Assembly: GCA_044341565.1 (NCBI GenBank)
Contig: JBIIRM010000005.1
Coordinates: 882 to 64,881 of the forward strand
Length of the DNA: 64,000 bases
DNA from: Minisyncoccia bacterium
Lineage (GTDB): Bacteria > Patescibacteriota > Minisyncoccia > SW-4-49-11
Reading direction: 5' to 3'
Shown: positions 18,906-27,757 of the stretch, piece after piece
How the letters are laid out: every line of letters begins with the position of its first letter
How positions within the stretch are numbered: position 1 is the first letter of the stretch
Position numbers and translations under genes: made by a program
Notes under the pieces: generated by a model
Seen by the model: the letters and a program-made list of their open reading frames with translations, nothing else
Database searches by the model: none
What the model was told of the DNA's origin: nothing

Positions 18906-18980
18906 TCCGCGATAGCTCAGCGGTAGAGCAGTCGGCTGTTAACCGATTGGTCGTAGGTTCGAATCCTACTCGCGGAGCCA
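18906..18980 (+). tRNA. tRNA-Asn (GTT)
   Basis: TCCGCGATAGCTCAGCGGTAGAGCAGTCGG-CTGTTAA-CCGATTGGTCGTAGGTTCGAATCCTACTCGCGGAGCCA. Confidence 0.97.
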
Positions 18981-19100
18981 AACAAGATAAAGCCAGGGTA
19001 ATTCCTATCTTGAGTTAATTTTTGTATATCTAAAGGGAGAGACTGCAATGTCTCTTGAGTAATAGAATCCCAATCTAGCGGTAATAGTTTCATACTATTA

Positions 19101-20315
19101 TTATATATACTTCTGAGCCTCTTCCCATTCCTCCTCAGATAAATTCCCTTTGATTCCTAGCGCTTTTATAGGTGAGGAAATAAATCTTTGCATCAATGCT
19201 ATCAATTCATTATAGGAAGTTGTCCTAATATTATTATAATAGTCATCGGGAGTATATATAATCCCCTCAGGATATTGTAATAAAGATCCATAAAACTCAT
19301 TCAAGGCATAAATACTAGAATAATATTGCTTAGAAGCACTTATTTGTGCTATTTTGAATCTTTCAATATCTTCTATTGTAATATATTGCGTAAAGTTATG
19401 TAATACGGTATTAATTATCTGTAGTGATTCAATAAGAGACTCTTTATTTATAGTATATGTTATTGCAATATTATAAGAACCTCCATAGTCATAATAATCA
19501 GTATTAACCCAATATATTAACCCCCTTTTCACTCTGAGTTCCTGTAATAAAATTGATGTCCAGAAATTTCCTAATGCTGTACGTAATAAAGCAAGTGAAG
19601 CACAATCTTTATAGTAAAAAGACCCTTGAAGTCCATAATTAAATACACCTTTTATATTGTCTTCTGAAGAATTGAGTACTATATTTGTAGAAGATACATT
19701 TTCTATTAGTGTGTTAGTAGACAAGGAATGAGAAATGCCATCTTCCTCTAAGATTATTGCCGAGATATCAGGAGAGATAATAACTAAATGAGCCTTATCT
19801 TTGGTATAATGCAATTGTGCATACTGGATATATTGCTCATACGAAATATTGTCTAAATCTCCAAATACATCTTGTGCTAAAGCTGATCCAAAGAAAAGAT
19901 TATCAAATGTACGTCGTTCTATATCAGTTTCTGAATCTTGTTTTTCTTGAGCAATGATTTTCTTTTCTTTATCAAATATCTCTTGAGATACTGATTCTTG
20001 ATCAAAATTTTTCAATAATAATTGAAGAGACGATATTAGATGAGCTGGATCTTGTATATGAGAATAATTGGTTAAATATGCTGCTGTGTAAGCACTAGCA
20101 CTAATACCATACTCTTCTAAAGTTTTTGCCTTAGTATATTCATCATCTCCTCCTGCCCAAAGATGTTCAAAAAAATGAGATAACCCTTGAGCATTAGCAT
20201 CATCAAGTGCATATCCTCGTGCAAACCAAAGAGATGCAGAAGACATAATTTGTTGCTTATCTTCTATTACTGTTGTCTTTATTCCTTGATATATCCCCTG
20301 TTTAATATTGGACAT
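19101..20315 (-). CDS. M16-family (insulinase-like) zinc peptidase
   Basis: GLSHFFEHL inverted zincin HxxEH, SAYT, EKKIIAQE, C-terminal SILLQELRVKRGLIY; likely start MSNIKQ. Confidence 0.85.
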   Translation of the reverse strand: MSNIKQGIYQGIKTTVIEDKQQIMSSASLWFARGYALDDANAQGLSHFFEHLWAGGDDEYTKAKTLEEYGISASAYTAAYLTNYSHIQDPAHLISSLQLLLKNFDQESVSQEIFDKEKKIIAQEKQDSETDIERRTFDNLFFGSALAQDVFGDLDNISYEQYIQYAQLHYTKDKAHLVIISPDISAIILEEDGISHSLSTNTLIENVSSTNIVLNSSEDNIKGVFNYGLQGSFYYKDCASLALLRTALGNFWTSILLQELRVKRGLIYWVNTDYYDYGGSYNIAITYTINKESLIESLQIINTVLHNFTQYITIEDIERFKIAQISASKQYYSSIYALNEFYGSLLQYPEGIIYTPDDYYNNIRTTSYNELIALMQRFISSPIKALGIKGNLSEEEWEEAQKYI

Positions 20316-20357
20316 AATAATGTTGTTTAAACTATACTCAGTATATATAAAATAATG

Positions 20358-20382
20358 AGGGAAGGCAACTTGTACCTTCCCT
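20358..20382 (-). terminator. Hairpin between the micropeptide genes and the M16 peptidase
   Basis: agggaagg-tacaagttg-ccttccct followed by an interrupted T-tract on the minus strand. Confidence 0.55.
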
Positions 20383-20418
20383 GTTTGGAACATGGAGCTA
20401 AACAACTAATGTTGAGGC

Positions 20419-20517
20419 TTACTTGCCACCACCACCAGGTCGAGTAGGAGCGGGACCGCCGCCGCCAGTACCTTTCGTTCCACTTCCAGGGTTACCATGA
20501 CGATTGTTGTTGCCCAT
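20419..20517 (-). CDS. Gly-rich micropeptide 2 (32 aa)
   Basis: MGNNNRHGNPGSGTKGTGGGGPAPTRPGGGGK*, with GGAGA 9 nt upstream of ATG. Confidence 0.65.
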   Translation of the reverse strand: MGNNNRHGNPGSGTKGTGGGGPAPTRPGGGGK

Positions 20518-20569
20518 TGAGGTAATTCTCCGAAGTACTAAATGGATTAGACCTTGATACAGTGAGGGA

Positions 20570-20659
20570 TCATTTCCCCCGGGTACCCGAGCCACCACCA
20601 TGTCCACCGCCATTGCCGGTGCCGCCACCGGTTTTGGTTCCACCTGTTTGAGCTGCCAT
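20570..20659 (-). CDS. Gly-rich micropeptide 1 (29 aa; not in ORF track)
   Basis: MAAQTGGTKTGGGTGNGGGHGGGSGTRGK*, with GGAGA 9 nt upstream of ATG; promoter TTGACA-17-TAGATT at about 20712-20740. Confidence 0.65.
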   Translation of the reverse strand: MAAQTGGTKTGGGTGNGGGHGGGSGTRGK

Positions 20660-20895
20660 TGAAATGAATCTCCGAGCGAGGGTGTAATGAGACGGAAATG
20701 TCTCGCAATAAAATCTATCATGATTATTAATATTTGTCAATAGTTGTCAATTATATTAATTCTTCCTGAAAACCTCCTAGATTACCCACTCAAAGGTTCG
20801 AACATTGTCCAACTCGCGGAGCCAACTCCCCTTAAACAGCTTAATCGTAATATTCTCAATTAATGCTATACTATATGTATATTTAACTCTATTAT

Positions 20896-22443
20896 ATGAA
20901 AGTTAGTAGAAAAATCTTTTTCATAGCCCCAGGGATTATATTGTTATGTGTAGTGATATTAAGTGGGTATATAATAATGAATAGTAATACTCAATCAGCT
21001 ACCTCTCCTAATACACCACCCTACTTAACGGAAGTAAGGGATTATACATTACATAATACTATTTCATTTATAAAACCAATTGATTATACAAAATACCAGG
21101 ATAATCAGGAAGATCTAGATATTGCTATGCAAAAAACCTATCTCGAGGGAGGAATAACTTTTGATGAATTTTTAGAACTGAATAGTATGGTAAATTTAAT
21201 AGATAATAATCTTAAAGATATAGAAGCAAATCTATATTACAACTCAGAAACTGTGCTATCTGGAGTTATTTTGAGCTCTAATAAAGAAGATTTTTATACA
21301 AATGCACGCCAAAAACTACAAGAGTTGAATATTAATTCCCCAGATCTCACCTCTCTCAAAATCACTGAGATATATTTTCGGACCACCTCTCAAGATTCTA
21401 GAGCTTTAGAGTTAGCTTATTTATTCAATATCAACACTGATGTTGAATTTAATAAAAATCTTAAAATAAAACTAGATAATGCTATTAACTCTAATAATTA
21501 CTCCGATTTAGAAAATACAGGATTAAATATATCTAGCCCTTATAATACCGATAATTATGGACTCAAAAGATTAAAAAGGGAGAATGAAGAAAAGACTAAG
21601 AGATTAGCACAAATTGAGTCCTGTATACTTGATTTATATATTCAAGAAGCCAATTTAAAGATTAGATTAAATCAACCTACATGGAGCACCAAAAAAGACC
21701 AATATACAGAAACTATATCTAATCTAAGTAATAAAATTGGATCAATAAACTCACAAGGAGAAAGGACTATAATAGGATGTGAACAATATCATTTCCACAA
21801 TATCCAAATCAGATTCACAAAACCACTCTCTATTAGTGATATTCAAGAGATTGAGAATACCTTACCATTAATTTATCCCAAAAAATATATAGCGGAATTA
21901 GATCCAGACTATAGGACTAACACTACTAGTGCAGAAATAGACATATTAAATGCTCAATTTGATGACTATGGACCTGAAGACTATACTTATCGTGATATAG
22001 ATTTAATAACCACCACATCTACTGAAACTTCACAGTTATTTGCTTTATTTAATCCTGGGAAAAATTGGGAAGATATGAAAAATAATTATTATCAAAATCG
22101 TACATACTTAAATATCCCTAAAGATAGTGTCGAGAAATATAGAAATGACCAGGATACAATCTATTACTTTACTAACAACCCTCAGTATACTAATTTAAGT
22201 ACTCAGTATATTGATGGTGTTACTCTCTTTACCACAACCCTAGACGATCCATATCTATGCTTACAACAATTATTAACATCAGATAACCACTCATCTTGTA
22301 GTGTATTCTCTTTAAATCAAAGCCAGAAAAAGCTCTTACAATCCTACATAAAATTGATTGAAATTACCCCTGTAACACCACATACCCACACAGACTTATA
22401 TAAATTTGAGGTAAGCCCAACTTCTTCTTTTTGGGTAAAGTAA
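20896..22443 (+). CDS. Hypothetical membrane-anchored/exported protein
   Basis: 515-aa ORF with N-terminal TM; family not recognised. Confidence 0.7.
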   Translation: MKVSRKIFFIAPGIILLCVVILSGYIIMNSNTQSATSPNTPPYLTEVRDYTLHNTISFIKPIDYTKYQDNQEDLDIAMQKTYLEGGITFDEFLELNSMVNLIDNNLKDIEANLYYNSETVLSGVILSSNKEDFYTNARQKLQELNINSPDLTSLKITEIYFRTTSQDSRALELAYLFNINTDVEFNKNLKIKLDNAINSNNYSDLENTGLNISSPYNTDNYGLKRLKRENEEKTKRLAQIESCILDLYIQEANLKIRLNQPTWSTKKDQYTETISNLSNKIGSINSQGERTIIGCEQYHFHNIQIRFTKPLSISDIQEIENTLPLIYPKKYIAELDPDYRTNTTSAEIDILNAQFDDYGPEDYTYRDIDLITTTSTETSQLFALFNPGKNWEDMKNNYYQNRTYLNIPKDSVEKYRNDQDTIYYFTNNPQYTNLSTQYIDGVTLFTTTLDDPYLCLQQLLTSDNHSSCSVFSLNQSQKKLLQSYIKLIEITPVTPHTHTDLYKFEVSPTSSFWVK

Positions 22444-22455
22444 TCTCAAGACTAG

Positions 22456-22800
22456 CTACCTCATCAAAAGCCAAATGTCTATTGAGGTAATAATTATTGC
22501 AGTAATTATGGCAAGTGCGACTATACTAGATCCAATATCTTTAATTCTTTTGATATGAATATTCCACTTAGGTTCCATAAAATCACAAATTAACTCTATG
22601 GTAGTATTAATCAATTCTAAAATAATAATTGAAATACCAAATAATATCGTTTGCTTTATTAATTCCCAACTTTCCAAAAAAACTTCTAGTCCAACCAATA
22701 CCAGAGTAGTAATAATTGTTTGTATGATTAGGTTATTATCTCTAGAGAAAGCATATGATAAGCCTTCAACTCATAATTGATATTTTTTAAGCAGTTTCAT
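22456..22800 (-). pseudogene. dgkA: DgkA-family diacylglycerol/undecaprenol kinase interrupted by one in-frame TGA
   Basis: ATG at 22800 gives MKLLKKYQL*VEGLSYAFSRDNNLIIQ...ELINTTIELICD...IKRIKDIGSS; TGA at 22771-22773. Confidence 0.75.
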
Positions 22801-23110
22801 AGGGTAGATTATCTTTTACCCAATGCATCATCCCGACAGCACTATTGATTACATAAAAACCTTGTTTCTCCATAAGTAAAGAAGCTATTTGAGAGCGTCC
22901 ACCACTTTTACAGTAGATAATATAGGTTTTCGATGGATCTAATCTTTTTATTTCCTGAACAATATCAGACCTACTAATATCAAAATTTACCGCTCCCGCT
23001 ATATGCCCTTGATTAAACTCCTCTGAAGTCCGAACATCAAGTAATATTTCATTCTCTTGTAAATTGTGAGATTTAAATTGTAACTCTTGGGTTGTAGATA
23101 TTATATTCAT
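22787..23110 (-). CDS. Rhodanese-like protein
   Basis: LDVRTSEEFNQGHIAGA, YCKSGGRS. Confidence 0.92.
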   Translation of the reverse strand: MNIISTTQELQFKSHNLQENEILLDVRTSEEFNQGHIAGAVNFDISRSDIVQEIKRLDPSKTYIIYCKSGGRSQIASLLMEKQGFYVINSAVGMMHWVKDNLPYETA

Positions 23111-23362
23111 GCTATTATAGTAAGCTAGACATATACTTTACTACATATATCTATCCATTTCAATTTGTAATCACTTCTCTCTTTTCAAATTTATATACTT
23201 GTTAGCCATATAATACTTTAGTAGAGAACGTGTATTCTACTATACTAAAGTAAAAGTGGATTAAGCACTGCTGTCTACCACTCAAACATCGTCTAACTCC
23301 CGAAGCCTAGATGATGTGTGCAACGTATTAATACAAATCTAATTACCAAATTATTGTATTTA

Positions 23363-24091
23363 TCATCTATTTATCCAGGCGAAAATTCTGTTCAATTCCG
23401 ATATAATATCTTTATCTAATATTTTTCCATGAGCCATTATAATTCTTTTTGGATTTAAAACTTTAACCCGATCAATTGATTTTTTTAATAATTGATGATT
23501 ACCCCCAAATAATGCTCTTTGGTCTTTAGTTGTACCTCCATTTGGATGCAAAGCCCCACCTATATATGCTAAAGCTCGGAAAAATGGATTTATTTTCTTT
23601 GCTTCAAAATTCTCTATAATATCAGTTACAATCCAGGATTGACTAGGAAAATGAAAAAAAGTATACTCAGTCATAAATCGATTACCATACATAGGCAGAA
23701 TTTCTAAATCTGGAAAATAATCCTGCTTTAAATCCTTTAATTCCTTATTCCACCTTATATCTTGACCAGCTTTTTTACTCCGTCTTCGTACTCCATCACT
23801 GGCAAAAGTAACTGCTTCTGGATATGCTTTTTGGAAATCATATATATACCAATAGTGAATTTTATTTGGAGATATTAAATACTTTACATTTCCTAACTCA
23901 TCTAATTCTTGCTTCAAAGCACTCGTTAAACTAATTGGAGAGTGGATGAAAAGGTCATTATTAGAAAATCTTATTACTACCATTCTCGTAGTAAATGGCA
24001 TTCCATAAAAATATATTATAGGACCATCTACAATCCATAGATTTTCACTAATTAATTTTAACGTATGTATTGGTTGATACAAATTATCCAT
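23363..24091 (-). CDS. DUF4336-family (metallo-beta-lactamase-like) protein
   Basis: PFTTRMVVIR..DLFIHSP, ISPNKIH, IIMAHG. Confidence 0.8.
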   Translation of the reverse strand: MDNLYQPIHTLKLISENLWIVDGPIIYFYGMPFTTRMVVIRFSNNDLFIHSPISLTSALKQELDELGNVKYLISPNKIHYWYIYDFQKAYPEAVTFASDGVRRRSKKAGQDIRWNKELKDLKQDYFPDLEILPMYGNRFMTEYTFFHFPSQSWIVTDIIENFEAKKINPFFRALAYIGGALHPNGGTTKDQRALFGGNHQLLKKSIDRVKVLNPKRIIMAHGKILDKDIISELNRIFAWINR

Positions 24092-24330
24092 ATTATTTTT
24101 ATGATTCTATTGTAATTATACACATTTATATATATTTTATCTACTTATAAAATTTATCTCCTCTCAAAACTATAGTGAGCCCCCTTTAGGGTAATTAGTA
24201 CTCTCTACCTCTCATTTTTATTATTGATTTTGAGAGAGTATGATGAGAAAAACGTAAGAATAAAGAATCCCCCCACTTAGGTGAGAGGATTGTTGGAATT
24301 AGAGTTTACTTATCTTTCGTAGAGATTAAC

Positions 24331-25302
24331 TCAGTGATTTGCCTTTGCTAATAAAGCCTGTTTACTAGGAATCCGTAGCTGATAAGCCCAACCAAGACGC
24401 TCCAGAAATCGTATGAAGTAGTAGGTAGGGTCTGGTAATGTCACTACCTTGTTACCCTGTAGGGTAAAGCCTTGTCTTGCTGAGTATTCGAAGCTATGGT
24501 GTAGATTATGCCAACCTTCGCCAAGAGTGATAATAGCCACCCAAGGGTTGTTACGACTACCATCGCGGGTAATGAATGGCTGATCACCTACTAAGTGGGC
24601 CACAGAGTTTACCGTAGCAACACCGTGGAACAAAAGAGTAGTACTCAGACAAAATGCACCCAACCATTCTATACCACCGATATGCCAGGAGATCCAAGCT
24701 AATGCCAAAGCTGGCACTATATGTAGTCTATCGATCAAACGTAATACAGGATCAGACTCTATATCAGCTGGTAGGGTACTAGGATGAAATCCAGGTGAAA
24801 GTATCCAACCTATCTGAGAATGCCAAAAACCATGCAGTCGATTTCTATACATCAGAGGGCTATGAGGATCATCCAAGGTATCAACATGACGATGATGAGC
24901 CTTGTGATGAGCCTTCCACCAACTTGGTCCCATCTGGCCTGCTGAGGCTGTTATTATGGATCCGATCCACCATACTAGTCTAGGAGCCTTATAGCTATTG
25001 TGAGTAATCAAGCGATGGTAAATGGCAGTAATTCCAAGCATCCGTACTAGGTATAATACTGTAGCCCAGAGGATGGCGTATAATCCAAGTCTCTCCCGAA
25101 ACAGCAGTAGACAGCCTATATGCGCAACCAGTATGAATACCGGTCCCATACCATGCAAAAACCGAAGGAGATGGGATTGGGAAATAGAATGGGAAGATAC
25201 TGCTGTGGAACTGATAGATTTTGAATTAAACATCAGCATATTCCAGTCTAAACTGGACCATAAGGACATAAACACCTTAGCATACTTATTATGTTTAATC
25301 AA
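24331..25302 (-). CDS. Membrane fatty-acid (acyl-lipid, delta-9/DesC-like) desaturase
   Basis: His boxes HRLITH, HKAHHRH, GEGWHNLHH; DDPHSP; SRNN; start uncertain (several Met). Confidence 0.92.
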   Translation of the reverse strand: MIKHNKYAKVFMSLWSSLDWNMLMFNSKSISSTAVSSHSISQSHLLRFLHGMGPVFILVAHIGCLLLFRERLGLYAILWATVLYLVRMLGITAIYHRLITHNSYKAPRLVWWIGSIITASAGQMGPSWWKAHHKAHHRHVDTLDDPHSPLMYRNRLHGFWHSQIGWILSPGFHPSTLPADIESDPVLRLIDRLHIVPALALAWISWHIGGIEWLGAFCLSTTLLFHGVATVNSVAHLVGDQPFITRDGSRNNPWVAIITLGEGWHNLHHSFEYSARQGFTLQGNKVVTLPDPTYYFIRFLERLGWAYQLRIPSKQALLAKANH

Positions 25303-25352
25303 TATACAGAAATATATCTATTCTAGGATATGATACTTCTATCCTTCAAAGA

Positions 25353-25381
25353 AAAATCCCTCCAGCTGAACCAGAGGGATT
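25353..25381 (-). terminator. Terminator downstream of ado
   Basis: aatccctc-tggttcagctg-gagggatt-ttt on the minus strand. Confidence 0.75.
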
Positions 25382-25401
25382 GAATTAGATTGAATTGTAG
25401 A

Positions 25402-26103
25402 TCAGATTAGGGCTGCGGTAGCGAGCTTGGCGATTTCACGGGTGGAGAATCCGATTTTCGTCAAAGCTTCTTGATATGAGATGAGGAAATCCTCAATGAG
25501 GTCTTCCCTGTCCATTTGGAGGACGGCCGCGTCACCGGCTACCTGATCAAGCATAATGCGTACCAATGGGAGATTGTCCCGATTGGCCTGCTCCAACTCC
25601 TTACGAATAGCTTCGAAATTAGACCTAAGCCATTCTTGACCATAATTGAGATGAGCGTATTCATCCTTGACTACTCCCTCGGTGATTTTCCGTGCAAACG
25701 GATCAGCAACTGGGATATAGATGTGATAAGCTGCAATTGCAAAGGCCTCGATGAGAATCGCTTGAATCAGCAAACAGGTGACTACCTTCCTCTCTGTAAA
25801 AGCTTTTTGAAAATTACCATGTAGGGGCAAGAAAAACTCTTTAGCAAAAGGTATATCTGCTTGCACTCCCAAGTTGCGGGCACAGGCAGTGAAACCCTTC
25901 ATATGCCTCAGCTCCATACCCGCAAGGCGGGTAAGCTCTTCAGCCTGATCGGGTAGCAAGCTACCAAGGGAAATGTAATTGTCATAAGCTTCTTGCTCAC
26001 CTTCAATCACAATTGCATTGATGCGACTATAAGCATCTTTGTAATCCCTGGTGGTGAAATCTGGTAGACCTTCCACAAGTGGTTTAGAAGACGTAATTGA
26101 CAT
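25402..26103 (-). CDS. ado: Aldehyde-deformylating oxygenase (cyanobacterial aldehyde decarbonylase, ferritin-like diiron enzyme)
   Basis: [76 protein letters not shown]; all six diiron ligands present. Confidence 0.96.
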   Translation of the reverse strand: MSITSSKPLVEGLPDFTTRDYKDAYSRINAIVIEGEQEAYDNYISLGSLLPDQAEELTRLAGMELRHMKGFTACARNLGVQADIPFAKEFFLPLHGNFQKAFTERKVVTCLLIQAILIEAFAIAAYHIYIPVADPFARKITEGVVKDEYAHLNYGQEWLRSNFEAIRKELEQANRDNLPLVRIMLDQVAGDAAVLQMDREDLIEDFLISYQEALTKIGFSTREIAKLATAALI

Positions 26104-26319
26104 GGTAGATACTGGATAAAATCCAATGGGGCAATCTCATTATACACTTTTTATACCTTTTGTATATAGGTGCATACATCCTATTATCTTAATAATATAC
26201 TATCAATTTCATACTCTCATATATATTAAAATTAGCTTTATAAGCTTTTAAAACCCATATTAAGTATATATAAGTTAAAGGTAAAGTGAGGTCAAGGTGA
26301 AGACTATTTCTGTACCCCC

Positions 26320-26348
26320 TTGTGCAAATAATGTGCACAAGGTATACT
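26320..26348 (+). promoter_or_regulatory. Palindromic operator overlapping the fasciclin promoter (divergent from ado)
   Basis: TTGTGCA-aataatg-TGCACAA (26320-26340) then TATACT (26343-26348), 17 bp from TTGTGC. Confidence 0.5.
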
Positions 26349-26380
26349 TAAAAGGTATTAATAACTAATATCGTACCGAT

Positions 26381-27022
26381 ATGAAGACAAAGTCATTGAA
26401 ACACAGTATTGCCCTGTCCCTATTAGCTTTTGCTCTTGTATTAAGTCCTCTTTATGCAAGCGCTGCTACTGATACTATCACTGGTTTGTTAAACAAAACA
26501 AGTGATTTATCTACTCTTAAAACTCTTGTAGGGTTGGCAGAATTAGATGGAGCATTAGATAGCACTTCTTCCCAGTACACTGTATTCGCACCTAAGGACT
26601 CTGCTTTCGCAGCACTTCCTAAAGAAGTTACTGATGCATTAGTAAAGCCAGCTAATAAAACTGTTCTCGCTGGAATTCTAAAATATCATGTAATTCCTAG
26701 CAAAATTCTTTCTACTGATTTAGCTGCAACTCAAACTGTAACTACCTTAAATGGAGATACTTTAGTTGTAAAAAAAGCTGATGGTAAAGTTACTATCACT
26801 GACAAAGTAGGTACTATTTCTACTGTAACTACTGCTGATGTAGAAGCTACAAATGGAGTTGTTCATATTGTAGACAAAGTTCTTCTTGACAAAGCATATG
26901 ACTTTTCTACCCCAACAAAATTACAAAGCACAGGTATTAACTTAGTTATTCCTGCAATTGTAAGTGGTATATTAATTCTAGGTGCAATCTTTATCTATAC
27001 GAGAAAATCTTCAAAGATCTAA
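26381..27022 (+). CDS. Fasciclin (FAS1) surface protein with sortase sorting signal
   Basis: Signal peptide, YTVFAPKDSAF, ILKYHVIP, ATNGVVHIVDKVL, then LQSTG + TM + RKSSK tail. Confidence 0.9.
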   Translation: MKTKSLKHSIALSLLAFALVLSPLYASAATDTITGLLNKTSDLSTLKTLVGLAELDGALDSTSSQYTVFAPKDSAFAALPKEVTDALVKPANKTVLAGILKYHVIPSKILSTDLAATQTVTTLNGDTLVVKKADGKVTITDKVGTISTVTTADVEATNGVVHIVDKVLLDKAYDFSTPTKLQSTGINLVIPAIVSGILILGAIFIYTRKSSKI

Positions 27023-27103
27023 TAGTATATTGTCCTGATTAAAAAGAGGTGTTAGTATTACTATAGCCTCTTTTTAATTTTTCTATCAAGCTTAATCCTA
27101 TTT

Positions 27104-27745
27104 ATGAATAGACATTTTTTGAAAATTTTAAATACATTTTTATTAATACTTATTATTATAAGTGCTGTATATATTATAGGAGCACCATTTTTTCCTCAAT
27201 TAATAAAAGCTGAGAAGACTGAAAATCCTTCTGAGGAAGCTCAAAGCTCAATAGAGATAGTTAATTCACCTACTAATACAGCCCCTATAGCATTACAATC
27301 TCCTGAAGCTAAGCCAAAAGAAAGACCTCCTGCTGATAAGAATAATGCTGATAAAAACTTTAATATCGCTATATCATCTCTTAAATTAAATTCTAAACTT
27401 TTTACGAGTAATACTAATAAGGATTTAGGAAAAGGTATTTGGCATAGAAGTAGTACTGGTAATCCTCTTTCTGGAGGAAATATGGTTATATCTGCTCATA
27501 GATTTCTGTATACTGGGAATAATAACACTTTTTATCGTCTTCCAGACATCAAATTAGATGATACTATAGTGATAACATGGGAAGGGAAACAATATGATTA
27601 TAAGGTAACAAAATTATTTGAAGTTACTCCAGATGCAGTTGAAATTGAAGCTCCCACAGAAGAGCATATATTAACTCTCTATACTTGTATTCCTCTTTGG
27701 ACTAGTGCTAAACGATTTGTGGTACAAGCAGCCCCCCTATTCTAA
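27104..27745 (+). CDS. Sortase (class D/E-like)
   Basis: N-terminal TM, GNMVISAHR, LTLYTC, KRFVV (His-Cys-Arg triad). Confidence 0.92.
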   Translation: MNRHFLKILNTFLLILIIISAVYIIGAPFFPQLIKAEKTENPSEEAQSSIEIVNSPTNTAPIALQSPEAKPKERPPADKNNADKNFNIAISSLKLNSKLFTSNTNKDLGKGIWHRSSTGNPLSGGNMVISAHRFLYTGNNNTFYRLPDIKLDDTIVITWEGKQYDYKVTKLFEVTPDAVEIEAPTEEHILTLYTCIPLWTSAKRFVVQAAPLF

Positions 27746-27757
27746 TATTTCTCTATT

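Larger units (their letters stand above)
18981..20825. mobile_element. Genomic islet integrated at the tRNA-Asn 3' end (no integrase retained)
   Basis: tRNA 3' end aggttcgaa-tcc-t-actcgcggagccaa recurs at 20794-20825 as aggttcgaa-cattg-tcc-a-actcgcggagccaa. Confidence 0.7.

Noticed and set aside
20419-20721. ORF-track 100-aa protein
   Set aside because: Its start lies inside the predicted promoter. Two SD-led Gly-rich short ORFs with a shared leader explain the region better.
22771-22773. Genome-wide UGA recoding (code 25 or 4)
   Set aside because: RF2 is encoded, several genes end in TGA (e.g. ado, desaturase, YdeN hydrolase), and long genes have no internal TGA.
24150-24300. Structured ncRNA between DUF4336 and the desaturase
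   Set aside because: Only short inverted repeats (ctctcaaaa/ttttgagag) and the desaturase terminator; no recognisable RNA family.
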